Below are positions 14,181-26,610 of a stretch of 64,000 nt of DNA, piece by piece (position 1 is the first letter of the stretch; each line of letters begins with the position of its first letter). Origin of the DNA: Fimbriosthenelais zetlandica (Eukaryota); the NCBI GenBank assembly GCA_977030845.1, contig OZ365116.1, positions 16,616,001 through 16,680,000 of the forward strand, given 5' to 3'. The notes beneath the pieces were generated by a model, which saw nothing but the letters and a program-made list of their open reading frames with translations, did not search any database and was not told the DNA's origin. The position numbers were made by a program, and so were the translations under genes.

Positions 14181-14194
14181 CTGCCCCCTGCCGG
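14181..14194 (-). promoter_or_regulatory. CTCF-like motif
   Basis: Minus strand CCGGCAGGGGGCAG fits CCRSYAGRKGGCRS without mismatch. Confidence 0.4.
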
Positions 14195-16493
14195 CATTAA
14201 GGGTGAAGTGCCATTTTTCTTCATTCCCTTCACCCCACTTCACAACCTTATTGAAACAAATCTCAAGACATATCCACTCATCTTCACCCTTTTTCTGGCC
14301 ATAAATCCCCTTGAGGTTTTAATGGCTTTTAGACACTCTTAAGGCATCCCAAAAAGCCACATTAAAAAGGCACGTTATTTTGAAAAAAAGTATCAAGATG
14401 AAGTTAACAGATTGTCGGTTGTGGATCTACCCCCGAATGACCATAAGATGTCAGGGCAGAAAAATATTTTACGTTTTTAAGGAAAACAATTTGGATCACA
14501 ACCCAAATATTGGCTGAATGATCCGCATGCGATCCCTCTGATGTTGTGGCAGAGATCTCCTTGCGTGACTTTTTTTTCATTCGAGTGTTCTCTTTTTGCC
14601 ATGTTTAATCAGAAATTACGACAAAAGCCACGAGCACAACCCGGGGGGATGTCCTTTATTTGGTATGAGCTCTTTCATGCCACTTGCTTTTCCATGTGGT
14701 CTTTCCTTTCTCAATGAAAACAAGCTTTTTATAATAAAGGAACAGACATCCTGGTTTTGAAATGACAGTAATATTGGAGTGATACTTGAGGAAATGGGTC
14801 AGGCTTTGTGCTGACAAGCTTGGCTTGTTGGTGGATGAGGGGCTTGGCGAGGAAAGGGAACAAAACTTCACATGGGCACGTCCCGCGGGAAGCATTGCCA
14901 TCTCTCACCAACGGACCTCACATTGATGGTAATCTTTGTTTTGCTGAAAGCAATATGTTTGTTGCGGGGGGATTAGGGAGCTTAAAGGCTCGTGAGAATT
15001 CATCTGAGGGGACCCATCTACCCTGGGATTTCAATAGCGGGGTTATTGTGTTAAATCATTACATTCACAATGTAGAATAGAGGACTTTCCTGCTAGTAAA
15101 TTCCCACCATTATTTCCCTTTATATTCAACACTTTATCTGTAGATCAATGTCTTGAGATCTTTGGTGGATAAGTCAACCCCTTTTTCAGTCATATATAGG
15201 TTATATGTTATATGGGGAGAAGGGGATGAAAGCAGACTTTTTAGTCCGTCTTATCCTGTCTCAAGACCTCACTTGACCTATTGCCTCACACTCAAGTTGA
15301 GCCTGTGAAGAGCAGTTCTTTTGGTGGGGGCAGCCTTGTAGGAATGGGCAGTAAATCAGTGGGTGTAATTGATATACTTGTTCAGCTCCCAGGTCTGACA
15401 TTAATCAGCTAAGTGAAGCAGCCAGATAGTTAATAAAGCCACTACTCCAGTCTGATCATTCTCTACTCCTGGCTCTATAGGAAATCCTGCCATTTCTCTC
15501 TATACAGTCTTATTTGTGTTTGTATGGATGCTTGGCATCATCCTGATATTTTTGTCATATCTAATTTCACTTAACTTTCTATTTGCTTGATTGATGTGCA
15601 ATTATAAGCTGCCTTCTGTGCAATGGATATTTCTCAGGTGTACAGGCATTGAACAAATGGAATGTAACGAGAGGAGCGAGGCAATACAGAGCTCCGAGTT
15701 TGAACCATGTATCAGTCCTCTGATTCTAACAAACCCCTCAAGGATGGACTTCTATAGCCTTCCCTCCTGTACCTTAATTAATATCAAGACACAATATTAG
15801 GAAAACTCACTTAAAGCGGAGGCAAGTAGAGTAGACAGACTATGCAGTCAGTAAATAATCTTATAAAATATCGACCAGATGCTCCGCCGGCCCATGCTCG
15901 CCTGGGATCGAACCTACCTAATAAGAATTTCAAGCTATGCCTTGGCACATCCCGTCTTCCCATCGATCTTTATTTCATAATTATTTTCGAGATTGACTCC
16001 TCCCTTGTCGCATCTCCTTATTCCCACGGACATTCATGAATTATTGAACCAAGAGCAAACTGGAAGCCTGTAGTAATAGTCTACTTCTTCGGAACTATTT
16101 GGAAACTAAATTTGGAAAGAAGATTTTGAAGTAGACATACCTCTACTGCAGTTGGCATCAGTGTCCTCCGCTTTCTTCAGTGACCTCAGCTCTCCTCAAT
16201 TTCCAGTTGTAATAGAAAATATCTCTGTAAACATATTGAAAGAGAGGAAGAGGGAGAGTTAGTGAGAGAGGGGGATAGAGAGAAAAAGAGAGTAGAGAGA
16301 AAATAGCACATTGTATGTTAGAAATTGTATGCTGGCATGCACTTAAACATCTATATAAAAGACTCCCGGCTGCCCCCTGCAGCCGTCGGTCGTCCCTGTG
16401 GTCGGGCAATGTATGGTAGAGTAGACAGAGTGCCATGTGGAGCTACTCCCAGTCTAAACATAGACATGAACAGCTCATAAAGAAACTGACACA

Positions 16494-16878
16494 TGGCCCC
16501 AGATGGAGAGCTCTCTCAGCCGCTGTGACCTTCAGACCTGGCGGGCGTTTGATCGATGACGTCTCTCTATCACGTCCTTCCTAGGACCACACCATGGCAT
16601 TGTATTGGGGCAAGCCATTAGCACCTCACCACCATACATTCTCCCGGCCCCTAAAAGCCCAAGACGAGACAAAGATCTCCCTAAAAAAGCATATTTCTTG
16701 AGGAATTAGGCTCATGGTTCTAGGGTATCTCTCTCCCTCAGACACCCCTCGGGGTGTCTTCTCATAGTAAGACATTGGACCACAAATCATGAGTCAATGA
16801 CTGTATGTATGGGATGGTCATTGGCTATCGGCCGCGGGACGTTTGAAGCTAACGATGGGAAATCTAATAAATCTAACT
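16494..16878 (+). mobile_element. Degenerate tRNA-type SINE (possible)
   Basis: A-box-like TGGCCCCAGATGGAGAGC, degenerate B-box region, central TTGGGGCAAGCCATTAGCACCTCAC, and a tail-like GGGACGTT...AAATCTAATAAATCTAACT. Heavily diverged. Confidence 0.3.
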
Positions 16879-16983
16879 ATTCTGACTCCTTCTGTATGGT
16901 CAGGAATATTTAGCTGTCCCATGTTCCCAGATGGGACGCTGAGGGTTACACGGGAACGGGACAGAAAGAGTTAAACTTGGGAA

Positions 16984-17040
16984 GGGCGCCAGACCAGCTC
17001 ACTGGGTGGTCATAAAGTCAATGGTTCAAACCCGGACTGT
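16984..17040 (+). mobile_element. SINE/tRNA-like head fragment
   Basis: B-box GGTTCAAACCC at 17023-17033 preceded by A-box-like CCAGCTCACTGGG. No cloverleaf. Confidence 0.3.
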
Positions 17041-20000
17041 AATATAGTGGTGAAGATATATCCCCTGTTTAGACGGCTCCTGATGTAGCTACAAGGAGAA
17101 AGAACAGTCCAGGCCATTCACCTTGCTGACATTCAAACGTCCCCTACCCATCTTACCACCGTCCTCACTGCATCTCCATCTCCTTCCATCTCCATCCCAC
17201 TCGTTCTTTCACCCCCTCCTCCCTTCCATCTCACTCTCTCTTGTCTCTGGGACACTGCCTCGTCTCTCCACTTTTCTCCCGCGTCTGTCCAGACATCCTA
17301 TATGTAGTATTATAAAGATCAAAGTATTCTTATCTCGGATAACTCGCCTGTATTCCCCAAAGATCCTTTCATTCGCTTGACATATCATTTTTGTCCACAA
17401 AGGCAGTCAAATCTTCGAACATAGAAAGATCATGGCTCCAAAGGCGAGAGACATAATCTGTGTATTTGAGCTCATGAGAAAGGAAACCAACAAATCTCCA
17501 TAACTCAAAATAGTCAGGTTTTTCTTCCATTTTTCTGCACACAAAAATAGCATAGGTGGGAGCAATAACCAACCGGATTCTCATGATCAGAAGCTTGCTG
17601 ATTCAAACTCTGAGTTGCCCATGTCAGTAACTGTTGTCTTTCCTTTCCCCGCACCCCCTTCCATACTTTTTTATGTCCCCAATCGTAGGCGCTACATATG
17701 CTCGAGCACTTTGAATGATAGAGTGTAAAATGGAGCCTTATATACACAGCCCATCTAAGGATGTAAGAGGCTGCTTCAATATTGCCACATATATATGATG
17801 ATGTGTCGTTCAATATTTCAAATGGGACTGGTAGAGGAGTAAACAATTCTTGGTATGTATTGTTCATATTTCTATATATTCTTGTATATATCCAGCTCAC
17901 ACTATGACTATACAGATTGTCTCGGCCGCCGGCTGCTGCCTCCTTGTAATCAGGCTGCTCCATTGTCAATACTCTATCTCTGCCTGGAGGAAATATTCCA
18001 CGCCTAATTACCCCTCCTTTCAAAAACCTTCTTTACTGGGAAGACTTTTCTCATGGTGAAGAGACGCTGTGCAGCACGTCTTGTTTAGACCCGTGTCTGA
18101 ATTTTCAGTATTAGATTACGACTCCAAAGCATTGCAGACAAGCTTAGCGATAAGCAGTTCAGGGGAGAAAAAAGCCCTGGATCAACTGTCTTAAGAGACT
18201 GAGAGAGAAATGAAGTCTTTTCATAAGTCCTGAGAAACAATTTTCTATAAAAGGCTTGAATTGTTCGCAGGAATGTCTTAAGGATTCTCACGTCCTGAAT
18301 ATAAGACATCAGTGGATCACACCCATTAGATAAGAGAGATTGGTACAGAGACAGTGCTAGTTCTTGCTGAAGGCAGTGATTAGATTAAGAGTATAGTTTG
18401 CCTCTAGTTTTTAGTCATTCTAGACCGAGCCTCTCCACAAATCAGATGCTCAACTTAGATTAAAGCAATCAGATGTACCGCCAGAGATTCACGCCACTTA
18501 AAAACATCAGGGAATCATTATCTTAATGGCACACTTGAAGACAGAATATCAGCATCTCTATGAACTAATTATAACTTTCTAATTAAAGATACAATTAGCC
18601 AGATGCCCTTGGTTCAGCCCTCTGACCCACCGCTTAATTGAATTAATCTCAATTGATATGACTTTATTCCAGAGGAATCTATTACGATCCATGAACCTTT
18701 GACCTCACACACTCTTGCAGGGATGTACTTTTTCAGCCAATGGCGTGATTCAGTATTAATTTCTTAAATTGTGAACATTTTAACACAATATTTCTTTCTG
18801 TTGCATTTCATCTGATGGCCATCTCACAGAATGAATCTTTCATCTAATGATATTTGCCCTGGAGACATCTTTCTGTCAGGCAATATGTTTATAGACAAAT
18901 CAACTGATTGCCTTGGAAGCATCATGCGAAATATGGCCGCAGGGCATTACATATTGACTGACTAATGTCACTTTTCTCAGGGTATAACCAATAGATATTT
19001 ATTCTAATAGTGATAAGAGGCTGGTGTACAGTGAATGGTTGGCTATAGCACCATTATCAATAGCACTTTGGTCACAGAAACTTTCAGAATACCTTTAAGA
19101 TGTCATTCAGGTTTCCTGTGGTTGTTTGATCTAACTTAAGGATGTCCATAAGAAGTTTTCTTGAACTTACTGTTCTCTGATAGAATAATGATGAAATAAT
19201 TGCAGGAAGACCCTGTTTCTTGTCTTATAATTGGATCCAGCTGTTTTTAAATTCACCCCCTCCAGCTCCTGTTGTTTGTCAATGCTTAGGAAGAACTCAA
19301 TCACATGATGTGAAAAGTGAGTGGAGAGTTAGTGGAAGGCCCTGCTAGCACTCATTATGCATCTTCTCTCATGGATTTTTATCACAAGGTAGTCGGCGAG
19401 CGTGCTGGGCATGAAGAAGAATTAAGATCGTTAAGGGAATCTCCAATCGATTACAGTGAAATGGCTGTATTGATGGTGGCTCTCTTCCTCCCCATCTAAC
19501 ACGGCATCCACTTCCTCCTCAAAGACTTTATCCCTTAAATTCTCAGATTTCTGAACAATTTCTAGGATTCATTTAATTTGGGGTAAAATGTAAGAGCTCA
19601 ATGGACGTCATGTAACTCTGAGATAACTGTGCTCATTGACATTGAGATTTATTCGTGTTTTTATGAAGCAATGACAGGGAGATATTGGTTCAGTGTGCAG
19701 CAGGTTATATTTGTGTGATGGATCTCCCCCCATTGACACACATCTACCTCTACCTTCACATAGTGAGCTGCTCACAAAGATGGATGAGTGATACAATACC
19801 TCACATATGCTCACCAAGGCCAACCACAATTAACTGATCCCAGTGACGGAGACCCTGCCTTACACAATGCTCTCACTATCTGTATTACACTGCCTGACAA
19901 TCCTGCTGCTATAGATCTTCTTCATCCATGAAAATTCAAGAATATCATTTCTCTTGTCAGTCTAAGTGTCACGGACTTTTCTCCAAGAATGTTTCTAAAC

Positions 20001-23000
20001 ACCGAACACAGGACCTTTGCTCATGTTAATGAAAAGACACGGCTTCTGTCTCTGGCCTAGATGGATGATCCGCTGGCTTTGTGTTTTAATAATTGAACGG
20101 CGTCGGTCGAATGACTGCCACACCGCGTCTGTGTTTGACCGAAGCAAACAGCCGCGGCAAAGCAAACATTATCAAGGACGTATCCATTCATCTAATAAAC
20201 ACAGGCGTGTGGCATTCTTTATAAAGACCATTTAGCACCTTTGTGACCATGTTGTCTGTCCGGATTATCAACTTACAATGTTTGTACAAGGCTGGCTGGA
20301 TTTGTTACAAGGCTTTGTAGCCATGTCATCAGTTAGAGTTCGGTCAAGTAATACTAGAGTATGATCAGTCATAATAGATATTTATTACTCCCTTGCCATG
20401 GAGGGTGTAATATGTTTTGTCTGATGGTCCTATTGAGTACACTCGTAACTCAGGTGATCTGCCATTGTATCACTCTGAGAATACGCTATAAAACCCGGGT
20501 AATAAGTGCATACGTGGAGCGCTATACTCAGTGGAAATGGGATGGAAAATCGGCTTAGTGCAGCCAGACCTTTAGCCCAGCGTCCTGACCTTTCCACCAA
20601 ATCCCTGGCAGAGTAAATGAAAGCTGTACTGTGATTGACAGTTAGATGTCCGACCTGCCGGCCTCTAAATGCATTAGTTTACAATGTGGCCTGGCCGTCG
20701 GAAGGTCGGTCAACGCACTCGTCAAGCGTGCTAATACAAACCGTCCATAACACCAAGCCTCCCTTCAGCTTGCCTATTACCACCATGGATCTCACAAGAC
20801 TTCCACCACAGACAAAATCATTGTTTCAGGACTCGGTAGAACTACTAGAGCCATTCCACACAAATTATCTGCCAAGCAGATATATATTTGCAGACGGCAG
20901 ACTCGAGTTGCACGTATCATATTGTCTTCTATCTGTAGGTTTTGGGATCTCAAAACATTCATTTTTCGGCCTACAGCTGTGATAAGTTCTGGTAACACTT
21001 CATTTTTTTGGCCTAGTTTGCAGGAGCTCCTCCAATTTAATCAGTTTGCTTAATGTAGCTTGGAGCAGCTCATACAGGCCTTGCTTTTTTCACACCAGCT
21101 GAGAGCAGCTCGGGGTTTGGGCTGTATAAAAGGAGCAATTGGCAGTGAAGAGGCCCCTTGTGTAATCAAGAGATCATCCCGGTGATCAGCCCTAGCCAAG
21201 CCCCCCCAGGCCCGGCCAGCCAGGCCCCATCCCAGGCCCTCCCAGTGGACACGCTCACCACCAGACCACTCATCTAACATCCGCTCCTTCTGTTTTCATG
21301 AATTTTCATGCATACATAGATCAGCCTTACAGTGATGTCACTCTGTAGCACTGTAAGGACTGTCCCTCCCTCAGGGTTGAAGCCTTCTACACCCCCATCA
21401 CCCCCCGGCTGTCACATACATCAGCCCCCCCCCCCCGCCTCCTAAAATCATTACAAGGGCCTGTTACATAATAAATGAAGGATATGTGAGGTCAGTCGGT
21501 TCAGGCCAGCACCAATCCGCAAAACCTTACAAACTGAATCACATACTCCCCACATGTTTTACTGCTCCCTCGCTGCACGAACGCTGAAGAAATATCGCTC
21601 GTACAGGAGGCGACTTAGAAATGCATATGGAAAGGGCCGCAAGCTAGAGATCATATCTATACGTCTGTGAGCTGACAGTCACCTAAACCATGGCAGGGCT
21701 TTAAGGAATGTCCCCATAGCCTGGACACAGACTCAAGCGGTGAGATAATTCCAGACCTAGTAGAGGCCATAAATTAGCCAGTGGTGAACACTGCCTCCAA
21801 GCCTCAGCTAGAGTGGCAGTTACTTTATGGTTACAACCAAGTCTCCCTCATCCATTCACCTACCTCAGACCTCAAGACGACAAGTAGGTTGGATTTGTGA
21901 GGAGAGCACATTAAAGTCATCCCTCGAGCAACATAAGCACCGAGCACACGTCAACGCCAGCTCGCCTCAGAATAGACCCATTTCCTTGAGACATTCTGCT
22001 CACTCCTTGAGCCCGCAAAACAAATGGTTTGGAATTAGGTGAGATCTTCAGCACGCCATTGAGGCAGGGTTATATGTGAGTGAGGTATCTACACTAAGCC
22101 ATAAACAAAAGTAGAATCTCGCTGCTCTCTGGGTGTCAGTTTGTGATTGAATATAGTATTAGAACAGATTCCATATCATGTACTAGATGTGATGGCTGGC
22201 ATTAATTCTATGTGGATTCTGTGGGTCCTAAAATGGACTCCCTTAATGGACTTAAAAAAGGTGGACAACTTTCGTCATGACATAAACAGGAAATTGAACT
22301 GGTTCCAGGAACTGGATGCGTGACTTTATATAACCCATGAACTTAACAATGTCTAATGCAGTATATCCTAGTTGTGAGACAGTTTCCAGTTCATATCACC
22401 ATGATTAAAATACATGTAAAATAATGTACAACTAATGCCCACTTATATGCAGATTGTTGAAGGTCGTATGCATATATATGTAAATCTTGCCATTTCTCCG
22501 TGTGAACCAATTCCACAATTTGCCATGTGATATGACAGTTGGCCAGAGAATCTCTTTGTTGAGAGCCTTGTTATTCAAGAGATTTATTGCCTCAATATAG
22601 AGTTCATATTCCCATCGCCACTTACCCACACAATACCCCCATTCCGCAAACATATGTTATGTTCTATGTAAGTGAAAGACAATATAGTGCACAGAGCGAA
22701 ATATTCACTGAGCAAAAATATCATGAGATATTACTAAAGCTGTAGAAAGGTCTGCGACTGAAATGACTGCCATGAAGATTTTTGATATATTTAGCTTTAC
22801 ATATAATACATCTTAAACATATTTTCTAGAATATTGAATACGCTGAATTGTAAGTACTTGTAACACTAATATTTCATCTATAGGGTATAGAGCTGAACAT
22901 TTTATGTGGGCATGACATTTTAGAAGGCTATTACACCGTGATACGAGACTTCTCATTGTTGGCGTGCCAGCATCACATAATACGGAGGTGTCACATACAA

Positions 23001-23559
23001 ACATTTGTATTAAAATGGGAGACTATAATGCCGTCATATTGGAGCGAGACAATATGTTTTAATGCACCTTAATCATTGTACAGGACAGATACATGGGCTA
23101 ATGATGTGGGTGCAACAGTTCTCACACATAACAACTCAAAAACTGTTACACTTCACTATGTGGGACACCCAAGAACATACAATCAGGGCTATTTAACCAT
23201 TCAGAGATATGCATTTTATGTGTCATACTCTTTCTCAATCCAAGTATATGCATAACAATCCAGATTTCTTGGATCAACGGAATATAGGGCAGTCATGTAA
23301 AAGATGCCTCGCCACATTGACTATTAGTCAGTGAGGATTCCCTACTTACCGCTTGCTTTGTTTCGGGTATGAATTTGTCACCTGGCTGGTTATTTTCCAT
23401 ACCCATTACATACATATAGAGCGTTGATTAGCTCATTAAAGCTACAGGAGCAGCTCATTCAGGGAATAAACACCCAGGCTGAAGCCACTAGCTGAAGCCA
23501 CACAAAAACAGACAGCCATAACAGGAGGTGGTGAAGCCAGCAGGCAATTACGCCAGTGA

Positions 23560-23752
23560 CCTTGGTGAAAATCAAACGCTGCATGCCGCGGGCGATAAAA
23601 AGCCGGCCACCCAGCGATAATGGCGGAGTGGCCAGGCGAACATGAGCAGCGACACCTGCAGCAATGAGCGACAGTTTGGTCGCGTCTCAGATTGGCTCAT
23701 GCCCACTTCCCTTTCCTGACCTGATGCCATCCATTCAATCAGACTGGTGTAG
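23560..23752 (+). promoter_or_regulatory. Candidate promoter / short 5' UTR exon of the SOL-1-like gene
   Basis: CpG-rich block with an ATTGG (reverse CCAAT) at 23691-23695 and a donor-like TAG|GTAAAT at 23752/23753, 630 nt upstream of the acceptor preceding the ATG. That acceptor implies an upstream exon or a trans-spliced leader. The location is inference only. Confidence 0.3.
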
Positions 23753-23790
23753 GTAAATCCGTGCCCAAGACGGATCACAGTTCTCAACTG

Positions 23791-23813
23791 CCCCTCCCCC
23801 CCCCCCCCCCCCC
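23791..23813. repeat. Poly-C tract
   Basis: 18 consecutive C (23796-23813) preceded by CCCCT. Confidence 0.95.
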
Positions 23814-24382
23814 TCACTCTCACTTTCCATCTTTTTTCTCCACTAAGTCTACACATACGGAGCCACCTGATAAAACCTGAAAATATTTAGTTTTTGCTCT
23901 TACAACACTGCATTGCTGTAGGATCGATATCATTGGCAATCTACCCCGCCTTTGACTGCCTCATCCAAACAGGCCCCTGACCACGTTTACATGACACTTG
24001 TGCACTTCCCACGCCTTCCCTACACAGGCTCTGCCAAAAATCTATACTAAAAAACCTGGTCTTGGTGAATGTGAATGGGAGTGGGGAGAGGATGGGGTTG
24101 GGGGGTAGGACTTAAAGATTCTTGTCAATAGTTGGAGGTTTTGGCATTTGCTGCTGTCTACATGAGCTCATCTTTGTTGTTATGAAGTATTTATGAGGAA
24201 GGCTTGGTGTCATATTGCGCCCCTCAGCAGAGACGCCCTACTAGCTTCTTCTTTACCTCCGCTTCTTATTCCTTCTCACACAGACGAGAGATGAACATGA
24301 GCGGCAATAATTGTTTTATATTCCCTTCATTTTAAACATAGTTATTTTTCTTTAATTTATGGTACATTTTCTGTCTTTTCAG

Positions 24383-24458
24383 ATGAAGCCTAGACCGTTA
24401 CTGATAGCATTTGGTATTCACTGCTTCATTTATACTGTAAGTTATGCAGTGAATCCAG
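24383..24458 (+). CDS. sol-1: First coding exon (signal peptide) of SOL-1-like CUB-domain gene
   Basis: Acceptor ctgtcttttcAG directly followed by ATG. Encodes MKPRPLLIAFGIHCFIYTVSYAVNP (basic N-terminus, hydrophobic core, small residues near a plausible cleavage site) and ends at a perfect donor CAG|GTAAGT in phase 1. G + CA of the 55100 exon gives Ala and keeps the CUB frame. Confidence 0.85.
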
Positions 24459-26477
24459 GTAAGTCGCATTTACTTATTTTTATCTTGAAATATAATCAAT
24501 CCTTGAAATAAAAAATGAAGTTTATTCCTTCCTGGAAGAGGAGATTCCTGTCTCTTGAGAATTGATTTTGTAAATTTCATTAAAAGCTTGACGTAGTCCT
24601 GTGAAATATCACCAATTGAGTTTAAAAAATATACTATCGATCCAATTAATGGAAATAACTGATATCCACTTCCAAGGGAATAAATTTCAACTAAGTGTCA
24701 GCTTCATTTTTCAAAATGTATCATTTAACATGGTTTAAAAATAATTTTTAATCCAATTTTTGATGTAAAGTATCATGATAATAGCTGAGAGATTCTCCTG
24801 ACCTATCTGTCATTATGAACATAACAACGTCCTCTGAGGACCTGAATATGATACACAAAATGCTGCAGCAGCAGAAAAGAGAATGAAATCCTACTCAATC
24901 TCTGTGGGTAATACATCCTCTGTGGAGGCGTCATCTTGATGATGCACAAATATTCCATAAACCACTAAACACGCTCCCTCCTTCAAACTCACAAAAACTG
25001 TCCTTAAACCAACAGCAGGTGTTACTTGGCAACACTAAAGAGAAGAGGATGCTCTCATTTGTTAACAATGTAGGATACCGTAAACCAGGGTTCCTTAGGC
25101 CAGCTGGGGTTTCTTTGGCTGGCTTAGATTGTTTATGTCATACGAAAGTGTTTTCCCCTTGAATTCTTTTCTAGATTTGTTATGGTTTAAGCTTACAAGG
25201 TTGTACCCTGTTAAGACTTTTAGAAATTCAGCCTCCACTAAATATATTTTTCATCTTGAAAAATATTCTGAGCAGGGCAATGTAAGCAGGGTTTACGGTA
25301 CCGCCTTTGCTAATTTGCTTACACCGGTTTTTAACAAATGATGCGCAGGTGCTTTGAACATGCACTCTGTTGACTGGCGGGTTAGGTTTCATGTTGCTGT
25401 ACAGCAATGTATTCAGCAAGTGTGTAGTTTTTGCCCGCTTGAAGATCAACTGAGAAACCAATATATTATGGGTGCCTCATTCCATATACTCTAGAGGAGA
25501 CATGGAAAAATAGATCTCAATTATCTTAGTTAACTCAATTAACGAGAGTACGTGTGCACATTCGCTGGGTCTCAGAATCGAGGTTGGGTGTTTAAATCAG
25601 GCCAAGGGTGATGCTATTTTAATTAACGCAATCTTAAGGAGGTTTTAGGGTTTTCTTACTCAGATAATAAGTCAGTGGGCCCATGGTTTAACATGATATG
25701 GCCTGACATGGTCCCGAGCAAGATGGCTGATTCCCCTCTCTCAAAGGACAGGCTAACAGAATGCTTTTTGCATTGCAAACACTAACATGATGAGCACATG
25801 CGAGTAAGAGCACCATGTTATTTACCTTACAGACGTGATCATTGTGTACCTCTACCTCCCCTCACCCTCCTCGTGCATCCAGGGCTGTGTTCACAATAAC
25901 ATTTAAGCATATGCTGAGACATTTGTCTCCAGAACAACCTCTGAAATGCCACGTCTCCTAAAGAAAGCCTTATTTCACTGTACATTGCATAGAATCTTTA
26001 AATATTCTATATTAATCCAGCGGGATTTTAATGAGTATCGGTTCTTCATAATTTTCATTATTATGACACAGGACCTGAGTGTCAATATTCGTTCATATTA
26101 CCTCAGGCCTGAATGGCACATGGTGTGTTTGAAGTGGGCCGTGATGTCGGGACAGAGAGGCGGCACAATATGCAGGTTGCTATGCTAGGAGCCTTACAAG
26201 AGAGCAGCTCCAAATCTTATTCCAGCCTCAAGGAGTGCATTAAATAAGCCCTCAGTGGTGTAAGGAGAAGCTCATGCATGAGAGGAGTGGAATATTGGTG
26301 GACAGACGTCTGTAAGAGCAGCTCGTGAGCAGGAGGGCAGTAGAAGACACGAGTAAAGGCATATAATGTTTGTACAAATATCTTGCCCGGGCTCAGTCTG
26401 TCAAGTAGGACGACAAGACTGGACCTAAAGGTGCCTTAGGGGATGTGAGGGCATGCGTGAAGGCACTGTGGTGACAG

Positions 26478-26610
26478 GGGGGGAGGGGGACGGGGAGGAA
26501 CAGAGGCTGGAGGAGGTAAAGGAGCTGGTGAAAGAAAACGAGGGGAAGGGTGGGGAGAAGAGGAGAGGTTTGGAGAGAGAGGCAGCATTGGAAGTGGAGA
26601 AAAGATGGAG
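26478..26610. repeat. Purine-rich (GA) low-complexity tract
   Basis: Near-continuous G/A sequence. Similar tracts occur at about 1139-1200, 2090-2165, 16241-16300 and 50925-51035, and C/T-rich ones at about 17140-17280 and 32285-32440. These explain several E/G/R-rich or P/S/L-rich pseudo-ORFs. Confidence 0.8.

Noticed and set aside
17850-18059. Alternative signal-peptide/CUB-like exon (MTIQIVSAAGCCLLVIRLLHC...STPNYPS)
   Set aside because: No good donor in the required phase, no other CUB residues, and the frame ends in a stop.
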